Below are positions 10,001 to 18,860 of a DNA stretch of 64,000 bases, piece by piece; position 1 is the stretch's first letter; each line of letters begins with the position of its first letter. Source of the stretch: Minisyncoccota bacterium (GTDB taxonomy: Bacteria; Patescibacteriota; Minisyncoccia; Phycocordibacterales; UBA5272); assembly GCA_046350775.1 (NCBI GenBank), contig JAXLZS010000001.1:223930-287929 (forward strand), given 5' to 3'. Made by a program: the position numbers and the translations under genes. Below the pieces are notes generated by a model. It had not been told where the DNA came from. It did not search any database and was given only the letters and a program-made list of their open reading frames with translations.

Positions 10001-10399
10001 TTAATTTTTATTATCTATATTTTTGAGTGCATTTTCGAGACATTTGTAAGAAAGAAGTGCACAATTGACTCTACTTGGAGAGATTTTGACTCCTAGCAAT
10101 TCATATATGACTGAAGGAGACCAGAGCTTTAAATCTTGGAGACCTATTCTATCATTTTTAATTTTTTCTGTCATCATACTCATCGCAGCCTGAGAAATGG
10201 CGCATCCAGTACCTGTCCAAGTGACATTTTTTATTTTTCCATTATCCATATCTAAAAATATCTCTGCTCTGTCTCCACAATCTACATTTTCTCCTATTCC
10301 ACAAGTCTCGCACACTTCAAAACCTCTCTCGACTTTGTTTTTCGGATTACGATAATGCTCCAATATGTTTTCTTCGTATAAAAAATCTAAATTATTCAT
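10001..10399 (-). CDS. sufU: SufU/IscU-like scaffold protein
   Basis: ILEHYRNPKN, N..CGD, GCAISQAAMS, RVNCALL (three conserved Cys). Confidence 0.9.
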   Translation of the reverse strand: MNNLDFLYEENILEHYRNPKNKVERGFEVCETCGIGENVDCGDRAEIFLDMDNGKIKNVTWTGTGCAISQAAMSMMTEKIKNDRIGLQDLKLWSPSVIYELLGVKISPSRVNCALLSYKCLENALKNIDNKN

Positions 10400-10517
10400 A
10401 TATAAAAAATAACATAAAAAATAATTTTATTAGTATTGACATTTTATGAGATATTTAATAGTATAACTGTAGCAAAATTGCACCTTCACAATATTTCAAA
10501 CCAATAAAATTTTAACA

Positions 10518-11573
10518 ATGAGTAATCAACTAAAAATTGACGAGACAATACTTAATACAGTGATTGATCTGGTCGTAAAAAAAGACCAAAAACAAGCAAT
10601 CATTTTTTTAAACACTTTTACACTTACTGAAAAGGATTTAATTTTTACACTTCTTCTCGAGAAAAGAAAATACTACATTGAGAATGGTAATTATGAAAAA
10701 GCCGAAAAACTTTCGGAGTTTACAGGATCCGAACTCAGTGACAGTGAAAAAGAAAGGCTTATACAAAAAAGGATTGTCGACGGCATGTATCATCTTGAAG
10801 ATGTGGTACAAAAAATCAAAGAGTATTTTCCCGAAAAGGACAATGAATTTATCCTGCAGTTTTTTATCACCCAAAAACATTGGTACACAGCTTTGAGATT
10901 CACTAAAGATTCTGCCTTATTACTACCTGAATTTTTTGTAAGAGAACAATTACAGGTAGTAATAAAGAATGGCTATTTGTCTGATTTGTTATCAGTATTG
11001 CATTATATTGAAAGCGAATTAGGAGAAATTCGAAAATTAACAGCCAAAGAAAAAAACGTTTTTTTAGAAAATGTTAAAATTTTTTCTTTGGAAGATTTTC
11101 TAAATCTGGAAATTTTTCTCAACAAAAAATTAGATCCTAAATTACTCCTAACAAAAAGAATGCAAGCTGTAAAAGATGGCCAGTATGATCAAGCTGTGAT
11201 TTTATCTAAAATAACTAATAAAAAGATAAAGCCGGCTGAGCTGGAATTCATGTTAGACAAAATACTTGATAACTACTACAGTTTTTCTGATAACAGCAGA
11301 AAAGATGAGAGGAAAAGATTGGAAAACCAGCTTCCTCTAAATCTGGTCAAGCAAAAAAAGGCAACCTTTTTAAAAGCTAATATTACTGATGGCAACCTGG
11401 CAGGAGCAAAATTTTTAGCAGCCGAACTGGGAAGACAATTAAAAGTAGATGAGTTTAAAGAGATCCTCAGATATTTCATTTTTACTAAAAATGTAGATAT
11501 GGTCTCTAATATCATTAAAGAAATGACAAAAATTTATCCTGAAGAGGCTGCTAAGCTAGAAATATTAAGTTAG
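10518..11573 (+). CDS. Orphan helical-repeat protein inserted antisense inside the suf cluster
   Basis: 351 aa with about 4 copies of [IV]x[DN]G...A..L....G..L...E. Own promoter (TTGACA 10436 / TAGTAT 10459) and terminator (~11598-11622). Confidence 0.75.
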   Translation: MSNQLKIDETILNTVIDLVVKKDQKQAIIFLNTFTLTEKDLIFTLLLEKRKYYIENGNYEKAEKLSEFTGSELSDSEKERLIQKRIVDGMYHLEDVVQKIKEYFPEKDNEFILQFFITQKHWYTALRFTKDSALLLPEFFVREQLQVVIKNGYLSDLLSVLHYIESELGEIRKLTAKEKNVFLENVKIFSLEDFLNLEIFLNKKLDPKLLLTKRMQAVKDGQYDQAVILSKITNKKIKPAELEFMLDKILDNYYSFSDNSRKDERKRLENQLPLNLVKQKKATFLKANITDGNLAGAKFLAAELGRQLKVDEFKEILRYFIFTKNVDMVSNIIKEMTKIYPEEAAKLEILS

Positions 11574-11621
11574 AAAAATTAAAAAGAAAGACCGTTAAGA
11601 ATCGTGAAAACGATTCTTTTT

Positions 11622-12899
11622 TTATTTTCTAAAAATTTCTTTAACTTTTTCTAAAGCTCTAAATACTTCATTCACATCTTTCTCGTCATTATAAATATGA
11701 AAAGAAACTCTGGTTAGCCCACCAGGCACACCAAGATAAGTCATCAGCGGCTCAGCACAATGATGTCCTGCTCGCACAGATATATGATATCTGTTAAAAA
11801 TCTCAGCCACATCATGTGGATGCACTTCCTTTTTATTTACTAAAATTTGAAATGAGACTATTCCTACATTGTTTTCACTTTTACCAGAAAAGATTTTTAT
11901 TTCAAATTTATCTTTATATATCTCATTCATCTTTTCAGCTTTTTCAAAAAAGCTAGCTACTAATTTTTGAGAATGTTTTAAAATATTTTCTTTTGACATT
12001 TCTCTTAGGAGATTTATAGCTTCTCCAGCTCCGATCACTCCAGCTATATTGGCAGTGCCAGCTTCAAAGACTTTTATATCACTTCGCAATTCAAAATCTT
12101 CTTTTGAGACATGTGAGACTATGCCACCGCCAATAATAGTCGGCTTCATATTTCTTGAAAAATCTCTCTTGATAAACAGAGCTCCGACTCCTGTCGGGCC
12201 AAAAGCTTTGTGGAGTGAAAAATATCCAACATCAATATAATTTCTTAAATTATTCAGATCAATCTCCATGTGTCCAAAGCTACTTGTCATATCAGAGATG
12301 ACAAGTACATTTTTATTGATATTTTTTATTTCAGAAATTATTTCTTTTATATTATTTATACTTCCAAGCACGTTTGAAGTGAGACAAATAGAAACTATTT
12401 TTGTCTTTTCTGATACAAGATTCTTAATATTTGAAATATCAAGATTAAAATTTTCATCTAATTCTAAAAATTTTAATTTTAGTTTTTTATTTTTAGCTAA
12501 TTTTTGAAGTGGAAGTAATGATGAATGATGTTCAGCTATAGTAGTCAAAATCTCATCACCTTCATTTAGAAAATGGAATTCGTCGTCATGAAGAGAAATC
12601 ATATCTAATAGCATGTTGCTGGCACTAGTAGACCCACTAGTCCAAATAATCTCATCATCTTGACAATTGAGATATTTTGCTAAAATTTTTCTAGATTCAT
12701 CAAATCTGCCAGTAGCTTTTTGAGAAATATTAGAAATAGCCCTATCAATATTTGATCGATAATTAAAATAATATTCATCCATCTTTTTTACAACAGAATC
12801 TGGTGTGAGTGATGAAGCGGCTGAGTCTAAATAAATTAGATCAGCTTCATATTCTTTTTTATAATTTTCAAAAATAGAAAATTTATTTTTAATATCCAT
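11622..12899 (-). CDS. sufS: Cysteine desulfurase, SufS type
   Basis: YLDSAASS, EHHS, FSLHKAFGPTGVG (PLP Lys), FEAGT, RAGHHCA (group II catalytic Cys). Confidence 0.92.
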   Translation of the reverse strand: MDIKNKFSIFENYKKEYEADLIYLDSAASSLTPDSVVKKMDEYYFNYRSNIDRAISNISQKATGRFDESRKILAKYLNCQDDEIIWTSGSTSASNMLLDMISLHDDEFHFLNEGDEILTTIAEHHSSLLPLQKLAKNKKLKLKFLELDENFNLDISNIKNLVSEKTKIVSICLTSNVLGSINNIKEIISEIKNINKNVLVISDMTSSFGHMEIDLNNLRNYIDVGYFSLHKAFGPTGVGALFIKRDFSRNMKPTIIGGGIVSHVSKEDFELRSDIKVFEAGTANIAGVIGAGEAINLLREMSKENILKHSQKLVASFFEKAEKMNEIYKDKFEIKIFSGKSENNVGIVSFQILVNKKEVHPHDVAEIFNRYHISVRAGHHCAEPLMTYLGVPGGLTRVSFHIYNDEKDVNEVFRALEKVKEIFRK

Positions 12900-12919
12900 A
12901 AATAATATTATAACCCATT

Positions 12920-13870
12920 TTAATTACTAAAAACATCTCTTAATTCATCAGAAAAGTAGAAATAGAAAGCAATAGAGCCAAAAGAGTACTTTTGACCATT
13001 AAGATCAATCTCCGCTCCACCGACTTGCGGATTGGCATTTGGATTCGACTTTGTAAAACCAAGATTATAAACTGTAGCGACTATTTCTGGCCTATCAGAA
13101 ATATCATATCCAGCATTTTTCCAAGCTGTCATGATTTGCTTTAAGTAAAGAGCAGCATATAAATATGAATACATATGATCACGACTATCGGTCAATCTTT
13201 TTATCCTTTCCGCATCATTACCAGTTAATAAAATTGTGGTGGTAGATTCAAGATTTGAAGATGTAGAATTTTTTACTGGCTCAAGTGTATTTTTATCAAC
13301 CAATATAGTAGTCGTAGAATTATTATAATCGAGCATATGCTCATAATAAGGACCCAGATAATATTGGCTATTTTTATCTTTCAAATTAATTTCTATCTGC
13401 TTGGCTGTATTTTCTTTAATTCCATATATGCCTAGACTAAATTGAGTCTGTGTGCCAAGTACAGATAATGGCTGAAAATATTTTTTAAAAGTTGCTCTCT
13501 CACTTGTCATGAGACGAAGTTGCTCTGCCACAAGAGGAGCTATCAAAAGACGAGATGATACATCTGTCTTTTCAGATACCCTATTGATCAATCTTTCATC
13601 TTTTAAAATCCCATCTTTAACTGTCTTCCATTCTGATAAATTTTTAATATATTCCCAATTTTTATTAGCTACTATAGATCTTTCAGATTCTCCGTCATTT
13701 TGAGATTCATTATAAAGATTTTTAAAATATTCTGATTGATTATCAATTAATCCTTTTGTCTTTGTCAGACCAAATTTCATAGCAAAAAATACCAAAGTTA
13801 AAGCAAAGCCCCAGAGAGCAAATATTACAACAATGCTTTTAAAAATATTTTTTAAAACTTTTTTCTTCAT
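12920..13870 (-). CDS. Membrane-anchored protein, possible lysozyme/transglycosylase-like fold
   Basis: N-terminal TM. The pattern LVAEQLR...SLGIYGIK...YAALYLK...ATVYNLG loosely resembles SLT-like domains; the function is an inference. Confidence 0.55.
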   Translation of the reverse strand: MKKKVLKNIFKSIVVIFALWGFALTLVFFAMKFGLTKTKGLIDNQSEYFKNLYNESQNDGESERSIVANKNWEYIKNLSEWKTVKDGILKDERLINRVSEKTDVSSRLLIAPLVAEQLRLMTSERATFKKYFQPLSVLGTQTQFSLGIYGIKENTAKQIEINLKDKNSQYYLGPYYEHMLDYNNSTTTILVDKNTLEPVKNSTSSNLESTTTILLTGNDAERIKRLTDSRDHMYSYLYAALYLKQIMTAWKNAGYDISDRPEIVATVYNLGFTKSNPNANPQVGGAEIDLNGQKYSFGSIAFYFYFSDELRDVFSN

Positions 13871-13885
13871 CTTTTATAATTAAAA

Positions 13886-14278
13886 CTAGTTTAGTATTAT
13901 GTTTTTCACTTCATCAAGTGAAAGGTTTGTTTTTCTTCCTATTACAAGACCCTCACTCTCATGTAGAGGTATGAGATGTACATGTACATGTACATGTGGC
14001 ACCTGCAAACCTTCAACAATTATAGCTATTCTAGAAAAATTTATTTTTCCTTTTATTTTTGATTCTAAAAATAGAGCTACCTTTTTAGATACTTGCATGA
14101 GATCTAAATATTCATGATCATCCAGATCAAAAATATAATCCACTTCTTTCTTTGGTACCACAAGTATATGGCCATCTCTAATAGGATTTATATCAAGCAG
14201 AGCTATGAACTTATCATCTTCATAGACTATATGTCCCGGTATCTCTCTATTTATAATTTTTGTAAAAACACTAGCCAT
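13886..14278 (-). CDS. HIT family nucleotide hydrolase
   Basis: SVFTKII.REIP, LDINP..GH.LVVPK, VPHVHVHVHLIP. Confidence 0.93.
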   Translation of the reverse strand: MASVFTKIINREIPGHIVYEDDKFIALLDINPIRDGHILVVPKKEVDYIFDLDDHEYLDLMQVSKKVALFLESKIKGKINFSRIAIIVEGLQVPHVHVHVHLIPLHESEGLVIGRKTNLSLDEVKNIILN

Positions 14279-14282
14279 AATG

Positions 14283-14366
14283 TGCGCCGGGCAAGATTTG
14301 AACTTGCGTAGCCCGAAGGGCGACAGATTTACAGTCTGTTGTAATTGACCACTCTACCACCGACGC
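14283..14366 (-). tRNA. tRNA-Tyr (GTA), CCA not encoded
   Basis: GCGTCGG...ACAGA-CTGTAAA-TCTGT, long variable arm, GTTCAAATC T-loop, CCGGCGC-A. Confidence 0.95.
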
Positions 14367-14487
14367 ATACCTAAAAATCAAATTAAATAAATCTAACTAG
14401 ATTTTCAGATTTCAAAATTATAACATAAAATCCATTAAAAAACAAAAGACCGATGGAAATCGGCCTTAAAAGCTTAGAATTTTTTAG

Positions 14488-14955
14488 CTATTTTTTATTA
14501 CTTGAAAGCAGACTGGAAATTATTGAAAAAATCTTTTTAGGACCTAGATGTAAACTCAAAAAAGATTTCTCTTTTTTAAATTGTGGCAAATCTGTCAACT
14601 CTTTTCCCAAAAACTCTTGGACTCTTTGAATTTTTTTCTTGTACAATCTTTGATTGTATGAAAATCTCACAAGATATACATCCAGCAATACTTTACTGTA
14701 TTTTTCCTTGTGTTTTTTATCTGTCAAAAAAAAGAAAAGTTTTTCAAAAATAACCACATAATCTAACATTAGCTGACCTTTGGTATTTTTTTTATCTTCT
14801 ATTTTATCCAAATAACTTACCAAAATAGAATCTTTTACTTCTCCAGGCTCCAAATCTGAAAAAATCTCCAAAACGGTATCTCTGAATTCATATGGAAAGG
14901 TGTGAAAATAGATTCTAAGACTTTTGTAAAGAGCGTCTAATTCTTTTCGTTTCAT
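14488..14955 (-). CDS. Orphan hypothetical protein
   Basis: 155 aa. Own promoter (TTGACT ~15030) and GC hairpin terminator (~14447-14466). Confidence 0.6.
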   Translation of the reverse strand: MKRKELDALYKSLRIYFHTFPYEFRDTVLEIFSDLEPGEVKDSILVSYLDKIEDKKNTKGQLMLDYVVIFEKLFFFLTDKKHKEKYSKVLLDVYLVRFSYNQRLYKKKIQRVQEFLGKELTDLPQFKKEKSFLSLHLGPKKIFSIISSLLSSNKK

Positions 14956-15054
14956 CTAAAATTAAATTTAATGATTTGTTGAAAAATATTTTACCTATTA
15001 TAATTTAACACAAAAAACATATAAAGTCAAATAAAAAATTGATTTTAATTTTAA

Positions 15055-17721
15055 TTATTTATTTTTCAAAACTTTTTTTAAATATTGTCCTGTATAAGAC
15101 TCTTTTACATTCGAGACATATTCTGGCGTCCCCTGTGCCATCAACTTTCCACCATTTACACCACCTTCTGGACCAATATCGATAATATGATCGGCACTTT
15201 TTACAATATCCAGATTATGCTCAATCATAACTACAGTATTTCCATGATCAACTAATTTATTTAAAATATGTAAAAGTTTTTTTACATCTTCATAATGTAG
15301 ACCAATAGAAGGCTCATCTAAAAGATAAATTGTCTTTTCGATGTGTTGTCTATAAAGCTCACTAGAAATTTTTACTCTCTGCGCCTCACCGCCTGAAAGG
15401 GTGGTAGCACTTTGGCCAAGCTCAAGATATCCAAGTCCCACATCATCAAGACTTTTCATCCTATCATAAACAGCTGGAATACTTTCAAAAAATTTTAAAG
15501 CTTCTTCTACTGTCATACGTAAAATATCATAGATACTTTTGCCTTTATATTTTACTTCGAGAGTCTCTTTCATAAATCTTTTTCCATTACAGACATCACA
15601 AGTCACATAGACTGTCGGTAAAAAGTGCATCTCGACAGCTATCTCACCATTTCCCTCACAAGCTTCACAACGACCACCTTTTCTATTAAATGAAAATCTA
15701 GAATGAGTCCAACCACGAATCCTCGCCTCTTCAGTATTTGCAAAAAGTTCACGGATATGAGTCCATGCTCCTGTATAAGTCGCAGGATTACTTCTTGGAG
15801 TTCTACCAATCGGAGACTGATCAATCATGACTACACGAGATACATATTCTGTACCTGTTATTTCTTCACAATTGTAAACTTTAGCTGTACGATATTTTCT
15901 CTCAAGTCTTCCCAAAAGATTTTTATAAAGAATCTCATACATAAAGCTAGACTTGCCTGATCCTGAGACACCAGTGATGACATTAAACTTTCCAAGAGGA
16001 ACTTTGACATTTAAATTTTTAATATTAAAAACATTTCCATTTTTGACTCTGATTTCAGCACCATTGCCTTCGCGTCTCTTTTTTGGTACTTCAATTTTTT
16101 CTTCTCCTCGGAGATATGCGAGGGTCATAGATTTTGATTTATTAGTCTTGGCTGTCAAAAGCTCATCAAGATACCCGGCGACTATGATTTCTCCGCCATG
16201 CACACCGGCCTTTGGTCCAATATCGACAATATAATCACTAGCAAAAATAGTATCCTCGTCATGCTCTACAACTATGATGGTATTCCCCATATCACGAAGA
16301 TGAGTGAGAGTCTTAATCAATCTGTCATTGTCTCTCTGGTGAAGACCAATGGTCGGCTCATCGAGTACATAGAGAGCTCCGACGAGCTTAGAGCCAAGCT
16401 GTGAAGCAAGACGAATTCTTTGCGCCTCACCGCCAGAGAGAGTGTCTGCCTTTCGACTAAGAGCTAGATAATTTAGTCCTACATCTAGCATAAATTCTAA
16501 TCTAGATTCTATCTCTTTGATTACAACATTTGTGATTTCTAATTCTTTTTTAGTGAAAACATTTTGCAATTTTTCAAAATATTTTTTAGCGTCTTCGATA
16601 GAGAGGCTAGTAATATCTACAATATTAATTCTTTCATCTTTTTTATCAGATAAAAATACATTGAGAGCCTCTTTGCGAAGTCTTTTACCGTGACAATCCT
16701 GACACTCATCGAGTGCTCCAAAATATTTTACTCCTAGACCATTACAAGTCTGACAAGCTCCATAAGGTGAGTTGAAAGAAAATAATCTAGGCTCGATCTC
16801 AGGAAATGAAAATCCGCAATTAGCACAAGCAAATTTATTGCTCATGATAAATTTTTCTATCTCACCTTTTTCATTTGTCATCTCTATCTCTACCAACCCA
16901 TCAGCTTCGTGGAGAGCGCGCTCTATTGATTCACTGAGTCTGACCATGGCATCTTTTTTGCTTGCTAAAAGCTTTAGTTCATCGATCAAGATAAAATCGA
17001 CCACAAAAGAAATATCATGCTTTTTAGTTTTTGATAACTCAATCCTGTCTCTCAAACTTTTTTTCTCGCCATCTATGACTACCTCTTTATATCCTTTACC
17101 TAGCATGTCATAGAGCATCTGATAATACTCACCTTTTCTTCCGCGTACCATTGGAGCCAAAATTCTTACTCCAAGATTTGAAAAGTTCACACCTTTTATA
17201 CTTTTGACTTCTTTTTCAAATTTACGATAATCAATCTTTTTCACTTTCTCTAAAATAAAATTTATTATCTCTTCATTGGAAAGCTTTTCTATTTTATGAC
17301 CACACTCAATACAGTATGGTTTTCCAACTCTCGCATAAAGCACGCGAAGATAGTCGTATATTTCTGTGATAGTGGCCACAGTCGAGCGAGGATTTCTTCC
17401 GGCGCTTTTTTGATCAATAGAAATAGCTGGAGAGAGACCTACTATCTCATCGACATCAGGCTTTTGCATCTGATTGAGAAATTGGCGAGCATAGGCAGAT
17501 AGAGACTCAACGTATCTTCTTTGTCCTTCTGCGAAGATAGTATCAAAAGCTAGAGAAGATTTTCCGCTTCCTGAAAGACCTGTCATGACTATCATCTTGT
17601 GGCGAGGCATTTCTACAGTCACATTTTTTAAATTGTGAGTCCTGGCACCACGGACAATAATATTTTCGATCTCTCTATTATTGTCTTTTTTATTAGATTT
17701 TTCTGTAGTATTTTTTGACAT
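15055..17721 (-). CDS. uvrA: Excinuclease ABC subunit A
   Basis: [23 protein letters not shown], two LSGGEAQR signatures, GVSGSGKS, Zn fingers. Confidence 0.98.
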   Translation of the reverse strand: MSKNTTEKSNKKDNNREIENIIVRGARTHNLKNVTVEMPRHKMIVMTGLSGSGKSSLAFDTIFAEGQRRYVESLSAYARQFLNQMQKPDVDEIVGLSPAISIDQKSAGRNPRSTVATITEIYDYLRVLYARVGKPYCIECGHKIEKLSNEEIINFILEKVKKIDYRKFEKEVKSIKGVNFSNLGVRILAPMVRGRKGEYYQMLYDMLGKGYKEVVIDGEKKSLRDRIELSKTKKHDISFVVDFILIDELKLLASKKDAMVRLSESIERALHEADGLVEIEMTNEKGEIEKFIMSNKFACANCGFSFPEIEPRLFSFNSPYGACQTCNGLGVKYFGALDECQDCHGKRLRKEALNVFLSDKKDERINIVDITSLSIEDAKKYFEKLQNVFTKKELEITNVVIKEIESRLEFMLDVGLNYLALSRKADTLSGGEAQRIRLASQLGSKLVGALYVLDEPTIGLHQRDNDRLIKTLTHLRDMGNTIIVVEHDEDTIFASDYIVDIGPKAGVHGGEIIVAGYLDELLTAKTNKSKSMTLAYLRGEEKIEVPKKRREGNGAEIRVKNGNVFNIKNLNVKVPLGKFNVITGVSGSGKSSFMYEILYKNLLGRLERKYRTAKVYNCEEITGTEYVSRVVMIDQSPIGRTPRSNPATYTGAWTHIRELFANTEEARIRGWTHSRFSFNRKGGRCEACEGNGEIAVEMHFLPTVYVTCDVCNGKRFMKETLEVKYKGKSIYDILRMTVEEALKFFESIPAVYDRMKSLDDVGLGYLELGQSATTLSGGEAQRVKISSELYRQHIEKTIYLLDEPSIGLHYEDVKKLLHILNKLVDHGNTVVMIEHNLDIVKSADHIIDIGPEGGVNGGKLMAQGTPEYVSNVKESYTGQYLKKVLKNK

Positions 17722-17868
17722 CTACCTATAATAGCATTTTATTTTAATTTTTAAAACTGAATTTAAGTCTAATTTAATAAATTTATTTTATATATTGACA
17801 AATATTTATAATTATATTAGTATAAGATTAGTAACATAAACAAAATTCTTTAATGAAAAACAAATAAG

Positions 17869-18123
17869 ATGGGAAATTTTAAAAAAATACTAGAAATGCC
17901 ATTAAGTGAATTTGGAACTCTTTCAAATGACGCTAGAGAAATATTCATATTTCTTGGGTGTAAAAATTTTAAAGATATGCTAAAAATCTTACAAGCTTGC
18001 CCTAAAAATCCAAATTTATCTGTAAACTCAAAAAGAAGAAAGAATTTGCTAAAACAAATCAAAGAAACTATTGAGAAAAATGGATTTGGAACACAAAAGA
18101 TTTCAATACTAAAGGATCTTTAA
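17869..18123 (+). CDS. Orphan small protein resembling the RNA polymerase alpha C-terminal domain
   Basis: ILEMPLSEFGTLS...DML...KNPNLS..S...IKETIEKNGF aligns by eye with alphaCTD. Own promoter (TTGACA 17795 / TAGTAT 17818) and terminator. Confidence 0.55.
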   Translation: MGNFKKILEMPLSEFGTLSNDAREIFIFLGCKNFKDMLKILQACPKNPNLSVNSKRRKNLLKQIKETIEKNGFGTQKISILKDL

Positions 18124-18130
18124 CAAAATT

Positions 18131-18161
18131 AATCCCCGCGAGTTGCGGGGATTGTTTTTTT
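18131..18161. terminator. Intrinsic terminator between convergent genes
   Basis: AATCCCCGCG-AGT-TGCGGGGATT followed by a T run. Confidence 0.8.
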
Positions 18162-18783
18162 ATTTAATTTCCAAGCTTCTTATTAAATCTTTTGCTATAT
18201 TTTGTGTAGAAGTAGAATTAGCTTTTGTATTTTCCACAATCGCGAGCCATGGCTCACCATTTACACCTTTTACACTAGAAATATAATATTCTGCATTATC
18301 TTTTTCATTAACTACATATTTTATAGAAGCAGTATCTTCATTAGCAAATTTTACATCTTGAATTTTCACATTTTCATTATTATCTTTATCTATCACTTCT
18401 TGTATATAATCATTCACTGACCAACCTCTCGCTCCTTCATAAGTAAAATAAAGAGTCACAAAATTATCTCCGCCCTTATCGACAAGCATAAACCATTTAT
18501 TTTGACTTCCTTTTCCTTGGACTACCTTATTATCATTATGATGTAAAAATGAAAATTCTAAAGATTGAGGACCTTCAAAAAAAGATTCTACTTTTCCTTC
18601 AAATTTAGAATAATCTTTACTATCAGCAATATCTATTTGACTCTCAGAGTCTTTATTCCAAATCTTTAAAGAATGACCCTTAAGACCTCTTGAGAGGACT
18701 ACACCGGCCAAAATCAATACTAAAATAGCAATCAAAATCAAGATAGTTTTTTTACTTTTAAAATTAATGTTTTTTATGTTCAT
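18160..18783 (-). CDS. Membrane-anchored/secreted hypothetical protein
   Basis: 207 aa with an N-terminal TM helix. Confidence 0.75.
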   Translation of the reverse strand: MNIKNINFKSKKTILILIAILVLILAGVVLSRGLKGHSLKIWNKDSESQIDIADSKDYSKFEGKVESFFEGPQSLEFSFLHHNDNKVVQGKGSQNKWFMLVDKGGDNFVTLYFTYEGARGWSVNDYIQEVIDKDNNENVKIQDVKFANEDTASIKYVVNEKDNAEYYISSVKGVNGEPWLAIVENTKANSTSTQNIAKDLIRSLEIK

Positions 18784-18860
18784 ATATTTTTATTAATCCC
18801 ATTAAATAACTATATATATGATAGCACTTACAAAAATTATTGAAATCTTGACTTTTTTTA

